A stretch of DNA of 64,000 nucleotides from assembly GCF_003334255.1 (NCBI RefSeq), contig NZ_QOWU01000017.1; one strand, 5' to 3'. This stretch comes from Escherichia coli. GTDB lineage: Bacteria > Pseudomonadota > Gammaproteobacteria > Enterobacterales > Enterobacteriaceae. Shown one piece after another: positions 41,168 to 58,698 of the stretch; within the stretch, counting starts at the first letter, position 1, and the number at the start of each line of letters is the position of its first letter. Both the position numbers and the translations under genes were made by a program. The notes beneath the pieces are model-generated. The model was not told the origin of the DNA, ran no database searches, and saw only the letters and a program-made list of their open reading frames with translations.

Positions 41168-42702
41168 TAGCGGAGTCCTTGTCTGACATAACCTACCCAT
41201 TTTGCGACTAACGCGGTCAGGGCAAAAATAATAAGCGGTAATAGCAGTTGCCATAAAGCCTGGGCGGCGAGAATACCGTTGCTGCCGCCGCTGCTTAATG
41301 CCACCGCCTCAGTGGTGAGCGTCGGAAAACGCCCCGCGCCCAGCCACAGCGTTGGCATATACTGCGCAATACCGACTGCAAATCCCACCGCGAAGGCAAT
41401 CAGCACAGGGCGCAACATGAGTGGGCATTTCACGTAAAAGAAGATTTTGGCCCGCGACCAGCCCAGTGTTTGCGCAATCAAAATTAACCGTGAATCAATG
41501 CGCTGCCAGGCGGGTTGCAGGATAAACAGCATCCACGGCATCACCCACAGCAGATGCCCCCAGACCACCGCCGTCCAGCTTCCATCCAGTTTCAGCCATA
41601 GCGCCAGCGTGTACTGGCCCGCCACCAGTGGCAGAGCAGGTAATAAAATGGGCAACCATAGCCACAACTGGCGACGCTGTGGCCCCCATTCCAGCCACAG
41701 CAGTAACAGGAGCAAAGCGATGAATGTCGCCACCAGCCCCATTGTCAGGCTGTTGATGAGCGCTTCACTATTGATCGTCGACTGATCCGCGAGGATCGCC
41801 AGCAGAACCACACACAGCACACCGGTTAAGGGTAAAAAAATCGCCAGCGTATTGCCCGGCAATAAAGGCGTGGCAGGCTTGCGAACGCCATCTACGCGGG
41901 GAATAGTGCGCCGCCAGCTGCGCCATAGCAGATAGCTCAGCAAAACGTAGGCGGCGAGTAACAGCATCAACAGCAGGCTGGCAAGCGCGCCTTTTGTTTG
42001 TTGGTCAATGTCGCCCTGGGTTAACCACTGCCAGCTAATTACCGCCAGCGTCGGGGGATTACCTGGCCCGAGAATAATTGCCACATCCACGACCGACAGC
42101 GACCAGGCAACAATCGCCAGCATCGCCATTGCCAGCGCAGGCGCGACGGAGGGCAACAGCAGCCAGTTCAGGCATTGCCAGCGGCTGTAGCCCAGCGAAT
42201 CCAGCACAATGACCTGCTGCAACAGCCATTTTTCGCTCAATACTGCTGCTAAGATCCACAGCAGAAATGCGCTTTCTTTCACTGCAAGGGTGAGGCCCAG
42301 ACCGATGCCAAATCGGTCCATTGGCGGAGTGAAATACGGGAAATAGTCATAAAGCAGCCCTCCGTCAGCAAAGAGCAGAAGGGCGCTGGTGGCAAAAGCC
42401 ACATGGGGAATGGCGAGCAGCCACGGCAGACGGGAGCACATACGCTGCCATTTCGGCCCAGGCCACAGCGCCACAATCACCAGCAGGGCAATCAACAATG
42501 CCCCGACCGCCGCGATGGTTGTCGACACCAGCGTTGCCAGTAATGCCTGCGGTAACTGTGGATCGGCAAATAACGCCTGCCAGTGTGTCAACGACAAAGC
42601 AGGCGATATCAGCGTGAGAGCTGCCGGGATCAGCGGTGCATAAATCACCGCCACCATCGCCCACAGCAAAAAGATTAATGCGTACCGTAACGGTGTAGCC
42701 AT
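41167..42702 (-). CDS. ynjC: ABC transporter permease with two fused transmembrane domains (about 511 aa)
   Basis: ORF track; double-length hydrophobic permease. Confidence 0.85.
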   Translation of the reverse strand: MATPLRYALIFLLWAMVAVIYAPLIPAALTLISPALSLTHWQALFADPQLPQALLATLVSTTIAAVGALLIALLVIVALWPGPKWQRMCSRLPWLLAIPHVAFATSALLLFADGGLLYDYFPYFTPPMDRFGIGLGLTLAVKESAFLLWILAAVLSEKWLLQQVIVLDSLGYSRWQCLNWLLLPSVAPALAMAMLAIVAWSLSVVDVAIILGPGNPPTLAVISWQWLTQGDIDQQTKGALASLLLMLLLAAYVLLSYLLWRSWRRTIPRVDGVRKPATPLLPGNTLAIFLPLTGVLCVVLLAILADQSTINSEALINSLTMGLVATFIALLLLLLWLEWGPQRRQLWLWLPILLPALPLVAGQYTLALWLKLDGSWTAVVWGHLLWVMPWMLFILQPAWQRIDSRLILIAQTLGWSRAKIFFYVKCPLMLRPVLIAFAVGFAVGIAQYMPTLWLGAGRFPTLTTEAVALSSGGSNGILAAQALWQLLLPLIIFALTALVAKWVGYVRQGLR

Positions 42703-43841
42703 TCTTGTTCCAGCGCATTTACCCAACCTGCGTGCGGTTCAGCCAGTACCGGCGGCAGATCCTGCGGCATTCTTGATTGCAATGATTCGCGCTGCCCGTC
42801 AGGCAGTTTTTGCGGATCGAGAACAGAAGGATCGCCCCAGACAGCGGGATCTGCTTTACGCAGTTGCGCATCGGGTGAGAGCAGGAAATTGGCAACTACC
42901 TTCGCCGCAGCACTGGCATTCGCGTTGGCAGGAATGGTGACGAAATGCACGTTGCCAATCATCCCCTCGCGAAAGCCAAAACTGTAACTGCTTGCAGGCA
43001 AATCGCCGCTGGCGATTTTTTGCTGCGCATGCGCGGGGTTAAAGGTCAGCGACAGGCGCAATGTGCCGGCTTTCAGCAGAGCATCCATCCGCGCGGGTGA
43101 AGGCGGGAAATCCTTTCCTTCGCGCCACAAATACGGATGCAGCACATCAAGATATTGCCACAAGGGAGCAGTGACACGGGCGAAAGTCGCATCGTCCGGC
43201 GCTTCTTTTAATGCGGCGGGATCGGGCGTCAGCATAATCAGCAACTGTTCAAGAAACGCCGTGCCGGTAAAGTCCGGTGGGCGCGGATAGGTAACCGTGC
43301 CGGGATTGGCTTTAGCAAACTCCAGTAAGGCTTGCGGCGTTTGTGGTGGCTGTGGCGTAACATCGCGGCGGGCGATAAACGTCAGTTGTGCGCCGCCCCA
43401 GGGCGATTCCGCACCTTGTGTCGGCACAGAAAAATCTTCCCGCACCGGCAGCTGTGTGTCGACATAGCGCCAGTTGGGCAGAGTCTCCGCCCAGCCCGTT
43501 TGTAATAAATTGGCCTCTTTTAAGGTGCGGAAGTTTTCGCCGTTCACCCAGAGCAGATCCACCGAGCCGCCCGTTTTACGTCCGGCTGCGGCTTCGGTCT
43601 GAATGCGCTTCACCGCGTCTGCGGCATCCGCCAGACGGACAATCTTCAGGTTTATAGCGTAATGGGTTTTCATCTCGCCGCTCACCCAGTCGAGATAGCG
43701 GTTAATTGCGGTATCGCCGCCCCAGGCGTTAAACCAGACGGTTTGCCCTTTGGCCTCATTTTTAATTTCTTGCCAGTCACTGGCATGTGTTGCCAGAGAA
43801 AACAGCGATAACAATCCCAGCAACCACCCACAATGGCGCAT
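42675..43841 (-). CDS. ynjB: ABC transporter periplasmic substrate-binding protein (388 aa)
   Basis: ORF track; signal peptide. Confidence 0.85.
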   Translation of the reverse strand: MRHCGWLLGLLSLFSLATHASDWQEIKNEAKGQTVWFNAWGGDTAINRYLDWVSGEMKTHYAINLKIVRLADAADAVKRIQTEAAAGRKTGGSVDLLWVNGENFRTLKEANLLQTGWAETLPNWRYVDTQLPVREDFSVPTQGAESPWGGAQLTFIARRDVTPQPPQTPQALLEFAKANPGTVTYPRPPDFTGTAFLEQLLIMLTPDPAALKEAPDDATFARVTAPLWQYLDVLHPYLWREGKDFPPSPARMDALLKAGTLRLSLTFNPAHAQQKIASGDLPASSYSFGFREGMIGNVHFVTIPANANASAAAKVVANFLLSPDAQLRKADPAVWGDPSVLDPQKLPDGQRESLQSRMPQDLPPVLAEPHAGWVNALEQEWLHRYGTH

Positions 43842-43850
43842 CATCTCTCC

Positions 43851-44399
43851 TTAAGAACGTTTTTCAGGAATACGGCACAGCCCCTGAGCGGGAATGTCCA
43901 TGGCAGAATTAAAACGGGCTGACAGATTTTGCAGGCCGATCAATGCCGTCAGTTCGGTGAGCGCCTGAGCGTCAAAATGCGCAGCCAGTCGGGTACGCAG
44001 GGCATCATCGACCGTTGGCGGCGTTACGCTTGCGGCTTCGGCGTACTCCAGCGCCAGCCGTTCTTCATCGCTAAAGAGCGGGCTTTGCCGCCAGTCAGCC
44101 ACTGCCAGCAGTTTATCGCTGCTGCCGGTGCGCTCGGCGACTTTCATACTGGTGATATCCACACAAAACTCACACAGGCACATTTGCGCAATGCGCGCGC
44201 TGACAAGCGATCGTACTACCGGATCGAGCGGTGAGCGTTTGCGCTCCAGCCAGCCAACAAACATCGACACCAGATAAAAGATAAACGGGATCCGCCCCCA
44301 CCAGCGAATGGGGCTTAGCACCTCGCCGTAATGGCGACGATGCAGCCACGCCTGTGGACGTAAAATTAAAGGAATTTTGCTAAGCGGCGGTAAACCCAT
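43851..44399 (-). CDS. ynjA: carboxymuconolactone decarboxylase / AhpD-like family protein (182 aa)
   Basis: ORF track. Confidence 0.8.
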   Translation of the reverse strand: MGLPPLSKIPLILRPQAWLHRRHYGEVLSPIRWWGRIPFIFYLVSMFVGWLERKRSPLDPVVRSLVSARIAQMCLCEFCVDITSMKVAERTGSSDKLLAVADWRQSPLFSDEERLALEYAEAASVTPPTVDDALRTRLAAHFDAQALTELTALIGLQNLSARFNSAMDIPAQGLCRIPEKRS

Positions 44400-45106
44400 C
44401 AGGCATTCCTCTTCTGGCGTTCAAGCCATATTTTCTTCGCCATAAAAATCACCACGGTCAGGGCAAACAGAATAAACAGTCCGGTGACAAACCAGAAAGT
44501 ACCGCCTGTTAACATGCTGCCCGCCCAGGAATAAACAATAGTTGCCGGTAACTGACCAAGCCCGGTGGCGATAAAAAACGAGCGAAAACGTATTGAAGTC
44601 AAACCGGCAGCATAGCTGATTGGATCGAAAGGGACAAAAGGCAATAACCGACAGACCAGAATGGTGTGTTTGCCGTAGCGAGTGAAAAAGCCGTCCATAC
44701 TGTCAAGCACGGTTTTGCCGGTTAATTTTTCCACCACTTCGCGGCCCATCACTCTGGCGATAAAAAAGCACAGCGCCGCGCCGGCCATCGAACTGGTCCA
44801 CGACAGCAAGCCGCCCCAGAACGCGCCAAACAGCGACGCATTGGCAAAGGTGATCAAAAACGCAGGTAGCGGTGCAGCAATGGCCTGCAAAATCATCAAC
44901 AAGAACGAGACAACTGCCGCCAGTGCGCCGTAAGACTGAATAAAGCGTTCTATACCCTGTTGGTCCACGGCGGCAAACGCCGCAACGCTGCGATTGATAA
45001 ACTCATGGACGCCGGGAAGCAGCGCCCATGCCAGCAGCATAGCGAACAACAGGATGATGAGGGTTATACGGTAGTACCAGATTTTTCGCGATTGCATCAT
45101 CATCAT
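44399..45106 (-). CDS. ydjZ: DedA/TVP38-family inner-membrane protein (235 aa)
   Basis: ORF track; paralogous to ydjX in this window. Confidence 0.85.
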   Translation of the reverse strand: MMMMQSRKIWYYRITLIILLFAMLLAWALLPGVHEFINRSVAAFAAVDQQGIERFIQSYGALAAVVSFLLMILQAIAAPLPAFLITFANASLFGAFWGGLLSWTSSMAGAALCFFIARVMGREVVEKLTGKTVLDSMDGFFTRYGKHTILVCRLLPFVPFDPISYAAGLTSIRFRSFFIATGLGQLPATIVYSWAGSMLTGGTFWFVTGLFILFALTVVIFMAKKIWLERQKRNA

Positions 45107-45120
45107 CCTTTATCCTGGCT

Positions 45121-45798
45121 TTATTCGGCGATTTTAAAGGTAACCGTTGCCAGCGTGTTATCCGCCGGGAGAACTGAGGCATTGCCTTTGAATTTAACTT
45201 CACCACGTTTTTCAACCGCACCATAAGTGTATGTTGCATTGCTGACGATGCCGACCGGGCAGCTATCCAGACACACCAGGCAACCCGTTTTCTTCTCTTC
45301 TGCTGCCGTTAAATTACCGCCAAAGCGCATGTCCAGTTTCTTGCCATTACTGTCAACAATCACTTCATCGAAGGAATACGCTTTTGCCGCCCCTTGCCAG
45401 TTGACCGAAATATCCAGTTTGCTGCCTGTGACATGAGTCGTTTCTTTATTATCCATCGTCATGTTTTCGCCCGGCGTACCACCTGCCTCTTTCAGGGCTT
45501 CATAAAATGCTTTCGGGGTCGCATAACCCATAAACAGCGATTTATGTCCGTTGGAGCCATCTTTAAACACAATACCGTGACGAGTGTCGTCGGTGAGGAA
45601 ACGACCATTAATTTGCACCAGCATGGTTACCGTATGGTTATTGGCATCGACACGCAGCGGTTGGCTGTTCGAAAGTCCGTCGTATTCCACTTTTGCCGCC
45701 GCATTCTCTTGTTGATCGCAGCCGCTAAGCCCAGCAACAGCCAGTAAACAGAGTGCAGCCAGTCCTTTTTTCCATGACACTGAATAATGTTGCAACAT
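45121..45798 (-). CDS. ydjY: putative lipoprotein YdjY (225 aa from MLQHYS; ORF track extends to 45960)
   Basis: lipobox LSGC after a signal peptide; start adjusted to recalled length. Confidence 0.75.
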   Translation of the reverse strand: MLQHYSVSWKKGLAALCLLAVAGLSGCDQQENAAAKVEYDGLSNSQPLRVDANNHTVTMLVQINGRFLTDDTRHGIVFKDGSNGHKSLFMGYATPKAFYEALKEAGGTPGENMTMDNKETTHVTGSKLDISVNWQGAAKAYSFDEVIVDSNGKKLDMRFGGNLTAAEEKKTGCLVCLDSCPVGIVSNATYTYGAVEKRGEVKFKGNASVLPADNTLATVTFKIAE

Positions 45799-45802
45799 CG
45801 TT

Positions 45803-46513
45803 CTATCCTTCATTTTTTGGGTGAGTAAGTGGGCTGCGGCGCGAAGCAGACAGATCCACATGTTTGTGTCGGGCGTAGAGTTTTGCGAGCTGGACGAGAA
45901 TAAACAGCGCCAGGCCCGCCAGACAGAGTTGTAAAATAAAGCGCAGCGTAATGCCTTCATTGGCGAGATCGCTTGCCATCACGGTATAAATAACAATACC
46001 GGGTAGGGTCGTGAGTGCCGAAATAAGGGTATAAGGCCAGAAGGCGATTGTGGTTAATCCGTAAGCGTAATTTTGAATATTGTAAGGAAACAACGGGATT
46101 AAGCGGGTCAGAATAAGAAAATCAATACCGTTACGCGCAATGCCTTTTTCAATGGCCTGGAAGGTATTGCTATGGCCAACGTATTTCAGCAGTAAATCAC
46201 GTCCCAGCCAGCGCGCCAGCAGGAATGAGCACGAGGAGGCCAGCGTGGCGGCAATTAATGAGAGTAGTGTCCCTAAGAGCGGGCCAAAAACTATTCCTCC
46301 CGCGATCACCAGTATGCTTCCTGGTAACAGCAAGAGGGTGGCAATGATGAATAACAGAATATAGAGGCTATAGCCGAAAAATCCGCTCTGGCGGATGAGT
46401 GTCTGTAAGTGGGGTAAATCGGTGAGCAGATCGAATAAACCGAAAGCGTGGATAGCGTAAATGACCAGCGCAAAAATAAGACAGGCAAAAAGAAATTTAC
46501 GCTCAGCGTTCAT
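45803..46513 (-). CDS. ydjX: DedA/TVP38-family inner-membrane protein (236 aa from MNAERKF)
   Basis: ORF track; start adjusted to recalled length. Confidence 0.8.
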   Translation of the reverse strand: MNAERKFLFACLIFALVIYAIHAFGLFDLLTDLPHLQTLIRQSGFFGYSLYILLFIIATLLLLPGSILVIAGGIVFGPLLGTLLSLIAATLASSCSFLLARWLGRDLLLKYVGHSNTFQAIEKGIARNGIDFLILTRLIPLFPYNIQNYAYGLTTIAFWPYTLISALTTLPGIVIYTVMASDLANEGITLRFILQLCLAGLALFILVQLAKLYARHKHVDLSASRRSPLTHPKNEG

Positions 46514-46679
46514 CGTGGAGTTTCCTATATCAAACTTGATAATAGAGAAGTGGTCAGACAACTAAAAACGCAGAGACGGTATAACAAAGGACGGCAGGCA
46601 ACAAATCATTACTGACAGTTTGTTGATTTTTCTCAAGGTTAATTCTCCTGACCCAGTTTGAGCCAGGAGAGCTGCTAAA

Positions 46680-47486
46680 TTAGCGGCGGAAGGTCGCCCA
46701 GACGGGGGCGTGATCGGACGGTTTTTCCATGCTGCGGATTTCATAGTCGATGCCGGTTTCTACGCAACATTCTGCCAGCGGTTGGCTGGCGAGCAGCAGG
46801 TCGATGCGCAGACCACGGTTATCGTCAAAACCTTTTGAGCGGTAATCAAACCATGAGAAACGATCTGCTGTTTGCGGATTCGCATGGCGGAAGGTATCGA
46901 CCAACCCCCAGCTCATCAGCCTGTCCATCCATTCGCGCTCTTCCGGCAGGAAAGAGCATTTACCGGTACGCAGCCAGCGCTTACGGTTTTCTTCGCCAAT
47001 GCCGATATCCAGATCTGTAGGGCTGATATTCATATCGCCCATAATCAGTACCGGATTATCACGTTTGAGTTCGGTTTCCAGGTAGTTTTGCAGATTCTGA
47101 TAAAACTGCGCTTTTGCCGGGAATTTTATCGGATGGTCGCGGCTTTCACCCTGCGGGAAGTAACCGTTGATCACGGTGACATTACCCAGCAGTGAGGGGA
47201 TTTCCGCCATAATAATCCGCCGCTGCGCCTCTTCGTCGTCACCGGGAAAGCCGCGACGCACGGCAATCGGCGTCTCTTTGGTCAGCAGCGCCACGCCATA
47301 ATGGCCTTTCTGCCCGTGATAAAACACGTTGTAGCCGAGCTTCGCCACCTCTTCGAGCGGAAACATATCGTCATGAACTTTTGTCTCCTGCAGGCCAATC
47401 ACATCCGGTTGGTGCTTTTCGACGATGGCTTCAAGCTGGTGAGGTCTGGCGCGCAGGCCGTTGATATTAAAAGAGACAAATTTCAT
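46680..47486 (-). CDS. xthA: exodeoxyribonuclease III (268 aa from [14 protein letters not shown])
   Basis: ORF track; classic ExoIII N-terminus. Confidence 0.95.
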
Positions 47487-47843
47487 AGTCGCTGCCATTT
47501 ATTCAGATAAAGAGTGCGTGGATGGTAGCAGAATTTCGCGTTGCTTACCGCCTGTTGTTAAGTGATTTGATCGATGGTTGTTAATGATGTCAACGATGGC
47601 GCAAAAAATGCCCGCTTTTGGTGCGCGCTGCGTCAGAATGGCGCAGTAATTTCCAGTAAATTTCGTCAATGATCACAATTCCAGAATTATATTTTACTTC
47701 TGCATAACATTGCGTTTTTTATTCTTTTTATTCACCCACATCGCAAACGTATTCACTTTATATGCACTTTAAATGCATATGGTTTGGTTATAACTCCTTG
47801 ATTTCCAGTTAGCCTCCGCCGTTTATGCACTTTTATCACTGGC

Positions 47844-47859
47844 TGGCACGAACCCTGCA
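47844..47859 (+). promoter_or_regulatory. sigma-54 (-24/-12) promoter upstream of astC
   Basis: TGGCAC-gaacc-CTGCA matches the TGGCAC-N5-TTGCA consensus, about 70 bp upstream of the astC ATG. Confidence 0.6.
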
Positions 47860-47894
47860 ATCTACATTTACAGCGCAACATTACTTATTATTAA

Positions 47895-53958
<6,064 letters not shown>

Positions 53959-54131
53959 TACTTACCCGCAGAAATCATTCTGCGGGTATTAAGTTGCTTT
54001 CTTATAAATTAATACAGATTAATCCTGGTTATTTGCTTTATTTATCACCAGTCATCCGGTATAGTTCTTCATAATCTCTGCAAAATCATCGTGTTGTAAT
54101 ATTCTCTCATCACTCTCCATCAAATTTTCTT

Positions 54132-54149
54132 TTTTTCTCCATAATTGGC
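54132..54149 (+). promoter_or_regulatory. BaeR box in the spy promoter
   Basis: TTTTTCTCCATAATTGGC, an exact match to the recalled BaeR consensus TTTTTCTCCATDATTGGC. Confidence 0.6.
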
Positions 54150-54287
54150 GCAAAAGTGTTTTTTACACTTTCATTGTTTTACCGTTGCTCTGATTAATTG
54201 ACGCTAAAGTCAGTAAAGTTAATCTCGTCAACACGGCACGCTACTTAAGAAAGCCGTAATAAATAACTGAAAGGAAGGATATAGAAT

Positions 54288-54773
54288 ATGCGTAAATTAA
54301 CTGCACTGTTTGTTGCCTCTACCCTGGCTCTTGGCGCGGCTAACCTGGCCCATGCCGCAGACACCACTACCGCAGCACCGGCTGACGCGAAGCCGATGAT
54401 GCACCACAAAGGCAAGTTCGGTCCGCATCAGGACATGATGTTCAAAGACCTGAACCTGACCGACGCGCAGAAACAGCAGATCCGCGAAATCATGAAAGGC
54501 CAGCGTGACCAGATGAAACGTCCGCCGCTGGAAGAACGCCGCGCAATGCATGACATCATTGCCAGCGATACCTTCGATAAAGTAAAAGCTGAAGCGCAGA
54601 TCGCAAAAATGGAAGAACAGCGCAAAGCTAACATGCTGGCGCACATGGAAACCCAGAACAAAATTTACAACATCCTGACGCCGGAACAGAAAAAGCAATT
54701 TAATGCTAATTTTGAGAAGCGTCTGACAGAACGTCCAGCGGCAAAAGGTAAAATGCCTGCAACTGCTGAATAA
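54288..54773 (+). CDS. spy: periplasmic ATP-independent chaperone Spy (161 aa)
   Basis: ORF track; signal peptide and charged helical repeats. Confidence 0.95.
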   Translation: MRKLTALFVASTLALGAANLAHAADTTTAAPADAKPMMHHKGKFGPHQDMMFKDLNLTDAQKQQIREIMKGQRDQMKRPPLEERRAMHDIIASDTFDKVKAEAQIAKMEEQRKANMLAHMETQNKIYNILTPEQKKQFNANFEKRLTERPAAKGKMPATAE

Positions 54774-54793
54774 TCTTTCAGCCAAAAAACTTA

Positions 54794-54857
54794 AGACCGC
54801 CGGTCTTGTCCACTACCTTGCAGTAATGCGGTGGACAGGATCGGCGGTTTTCTTTTC
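54794..54857 (+). terminator. rho-independent terminator after spy (long imperfect stem with T-run)
   Basis: aagaccgccggtcttgtccac ... gtggacaggatcggcgg followed by ttttcttttc. Confidence 0.6.
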
Positions 54858-54897
54858 TCTTCTCAAACAGTTGTAAAAAAAGCCTGATCACCACTAA

Positions 54898-56398
<1,501 letters not shown>

Positions 56399-56494
56399 TG
56401 TTGACTCCGAATGCTGGTTATCTATCCAGTGTAACAGGCGGGAAGCGATTAAAAAAGAGGCGGGTCGATGACAAAGGTTACACCGTCTGACGTG

Positions 56495-56590
56495 CTACGC
56501 CTGTCAGGCCTATTCGACTCCTGCAATGTATTGAATTTGCATAGTTTTATAGGTCGAATAAGGCGTTCACGCCGCATCCGGCGTGAACAA
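56495..56590. repeat. REP/BIME element between cho and nadE
   Basis: REP motifs ctgtcaggcctattcgac and ggcgttcacgccgcatccggcgtgaac. Confidence 0.7.
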
Positions 56591-56627
56591 ATTACTCTTT
56601 TTCGCACAATCCAATATGTGCAAATTA

Positions 56628-57455
56628 TTACTTTTTCCAGAAATCATCGAAAACGGTAATTGGCGGACGGCGTTTATGTTCGGTTTTCAGATACCAGTTC
56701 TCTATTGTTCTGGCGACCTGTTGAGGTACGTTTTTCCCTTCCAGATAGTCGTCGATATTGTCATAGGTCACGCCGAGTGCCACTTCATCTGGCAGAGAAG
56801 GGCGATCATCTTCCAGATCGGCCGTTGGCGCTTTCTTATAAAGGTGTTCCGGGCAAGCTAATGCCGCCAGTAACTGTTTACCCTGACGTTTGTTGAGACG
56901 ATACAGCGGATTAATGTCCGTACCGCCGTCACCATATTTAGTGAAGAATCCGGTAATGGCTTCTGCTGCATGATCGGTGCCCACCACGACACCGCTGGTC
57001 ATACCCGCAATGCTATATTGTGCTTTCATCCGCTCACGCGCTTTTTCATTGCCACGGACAAAATCGCTCAGTTCAATGCCTGCTTCCCGCAATGCCTGTT
57101 CGCTGGCCAATACCGCGCCCTTGATATTAACGGTTAATACGCGATCCGGTTGAATAAAGGCAATGGCATCCTGGCAATCTTGTTCGTCGGCCTGAACACC
57201 ATAGGGCAGGCGTACGGCAATAAATTGCAGTGATTCGTTGCCGGTTTCCAGGCGCAGCTCATTAATCGCCATCTGGCACAGCTTTCCGGCAAGCGTGGAG
57301 TCCTGACCGCCGCTGATCCCGAGCACCAGTGATTTAATGAACGGATAAGTTTGCAGGTAGCTTTTCAGAAAATCGACACTACGACGAATTTCCTCTTCAG
57401 CATTAATCTGCGGTTTTGCGCCCAGCGCCTTTATTATTTGTTGTTGCAATGTCAT
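56628..57455 (-). CDS. nadE: NH3-dependent NAD+ synthetase (275 aa)
   Basis: ORF track; PP-loop SGGxDS motif (ISGGQDS). Confidence 0.95.
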
Positions 57456-57656
57456 TGAACCCCTCCAGACAGAAAAGACAAAACTTCCTTAAAGCTAACC
57501 CGTTGCTACTGAAACGACAAGCGACAGCGGGCTGAATGGTGGTTAAAACGTCATACAGGAATCCTCTGAAAGCGGAGCCGTTTCGTTCACGGGCTTGAAA
57601 AAGCGCCCAATGTATTCCAGGCTTATCTAACACGCTGATAAACAAGAGGACGGAAT

Positions 57657-57995
57657 ATGAACAAGAATATGGCAGGAATTCTGAGTGCAGCGGCGGTATT
57701 AACCATGCTGGCGGGTTGTACGGCTTATGATCGTACCAAAGACCAGTTTGTACAGCCTGTGGTGAAAGACGTCAAAAAAGGCATGAGCCGGGCGCAGGTT
57801 GCACAAATTGCGGGTAAACCTTCGTCTGAAGTGAGCATGATCCATGCTCGCGGTACTTGCCAGACCTACATCCTGGGTCAACGTGATGGTAAAGCAGAAA
57901 CCTACTTTGTCGCGTTAGATGATACCGGACATGTCATCAACTCCGGTTATCAGACCTGTGCTGAATACGACACTGATCCACAGGCTGCGAAGTAA
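57657..57995 (+). CDS. osmE: osmotically inducible lipoprotein OsmE (112 aa)
   Basis: ORF track; lipobox LAGC. Confidence 0.9.
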
Positions 57996-58026
57996 TCAAT
58001 TCGTCTGAAAGCTTGAGTAACAACGG

Positions 58027-58053
58027 AAACCGGCCATTGCGCCGGTTTTTTTT
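58027..58053 (+). terminator. rho-independent terminator after osmE
   Basis: hairpin aaaccggc-cattgc-gccggttt followed by tttttt. Confidence 0.7.
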
Positions 58054-58095
58054 GGCCTGAGTTCTTAATTATCTTCGCGAATTATTTGCCCGAAA

Positions 58096-58111
58096 TGTGA
58101 AGAGGGTCATA
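58096..58111. promoter_or_regulatory. CRP-like site in the chb operon control region
   Basis: TGTGA-agaggg-TCATA, close to the TGTGA-N6-TCACA consensus; an adjacent palindromic taattatcttcgcgaattattt (58066..58088) resembles a NagC-type operator. Confidence 0.45.
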
Positions 58112-58293
58112 ACCACAGGTCAAGGAGAAACAATTTATAAGGTCAAAGAAATACTATTGCTCAGGTCTATACCGTATACTCCTTTCAGCCACAAAAAAAG
58201 TCATGTTGGTTTCGCAAGTTACCCAGAGCATGGAAGCAGGTTAAGGCTTGCGGAGTGTCTGGCTGACAGATAATCGTCGATGAGGGCAGTTTT

Positions 58294-58614
58294 ATGGAAA
58301 AGAAACACATTTATCTGTTTTGTTCTGCGGGCATGTCTACCTCTTTACTGGTATCAAAAATGCGCGCACAGGCAGAAAAATATGAAGTTCCGGTCATTAT
58401 TGAAGCATTTCCGGAAACACTGGCTGGTGAAAAAGGTCAGAATGCCGATGTCGTGTTATTAGGGCCGCAGATTGCTTATATGTTGCCCGAAATCCAGCGT
58501 TTGTTACCCAACAAACCGGTTGAAGTAATTGACTCGCTGCTTTATGGCAAAGTCGATGGTTTAGGCGTGCTTAAGGCTGCGGTTGCAGCGATTAAAAAAG
58601 CCGCAGCAAATTAA
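58294..58614 (+). CDS. chbB: PTS chitobiose/cellobiose-family IIB component (106 aa)
   Basis: ORF track; active-site Cys near N-terminus ([10 protein letters not shown]). Confidence 0.95.
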   Translation: MEKKHIYLFCSAGMSTSLLVSKMRAQAEKYEVPVIIEAFPETLAGEKGQNADVVLLGPQIAYMLPEIQRLLPNKPVEVIDSLLYGKVDGLGVLKAAVAAIKKAAAN

Positions 58615-58698
58615 TTTATTTTAAATTTTCCCGTCAAAGAGTTATTTCATAAATCAATACCGCAATATTTAAATTGCGGTTTTTAAGGGTATTTTTCT

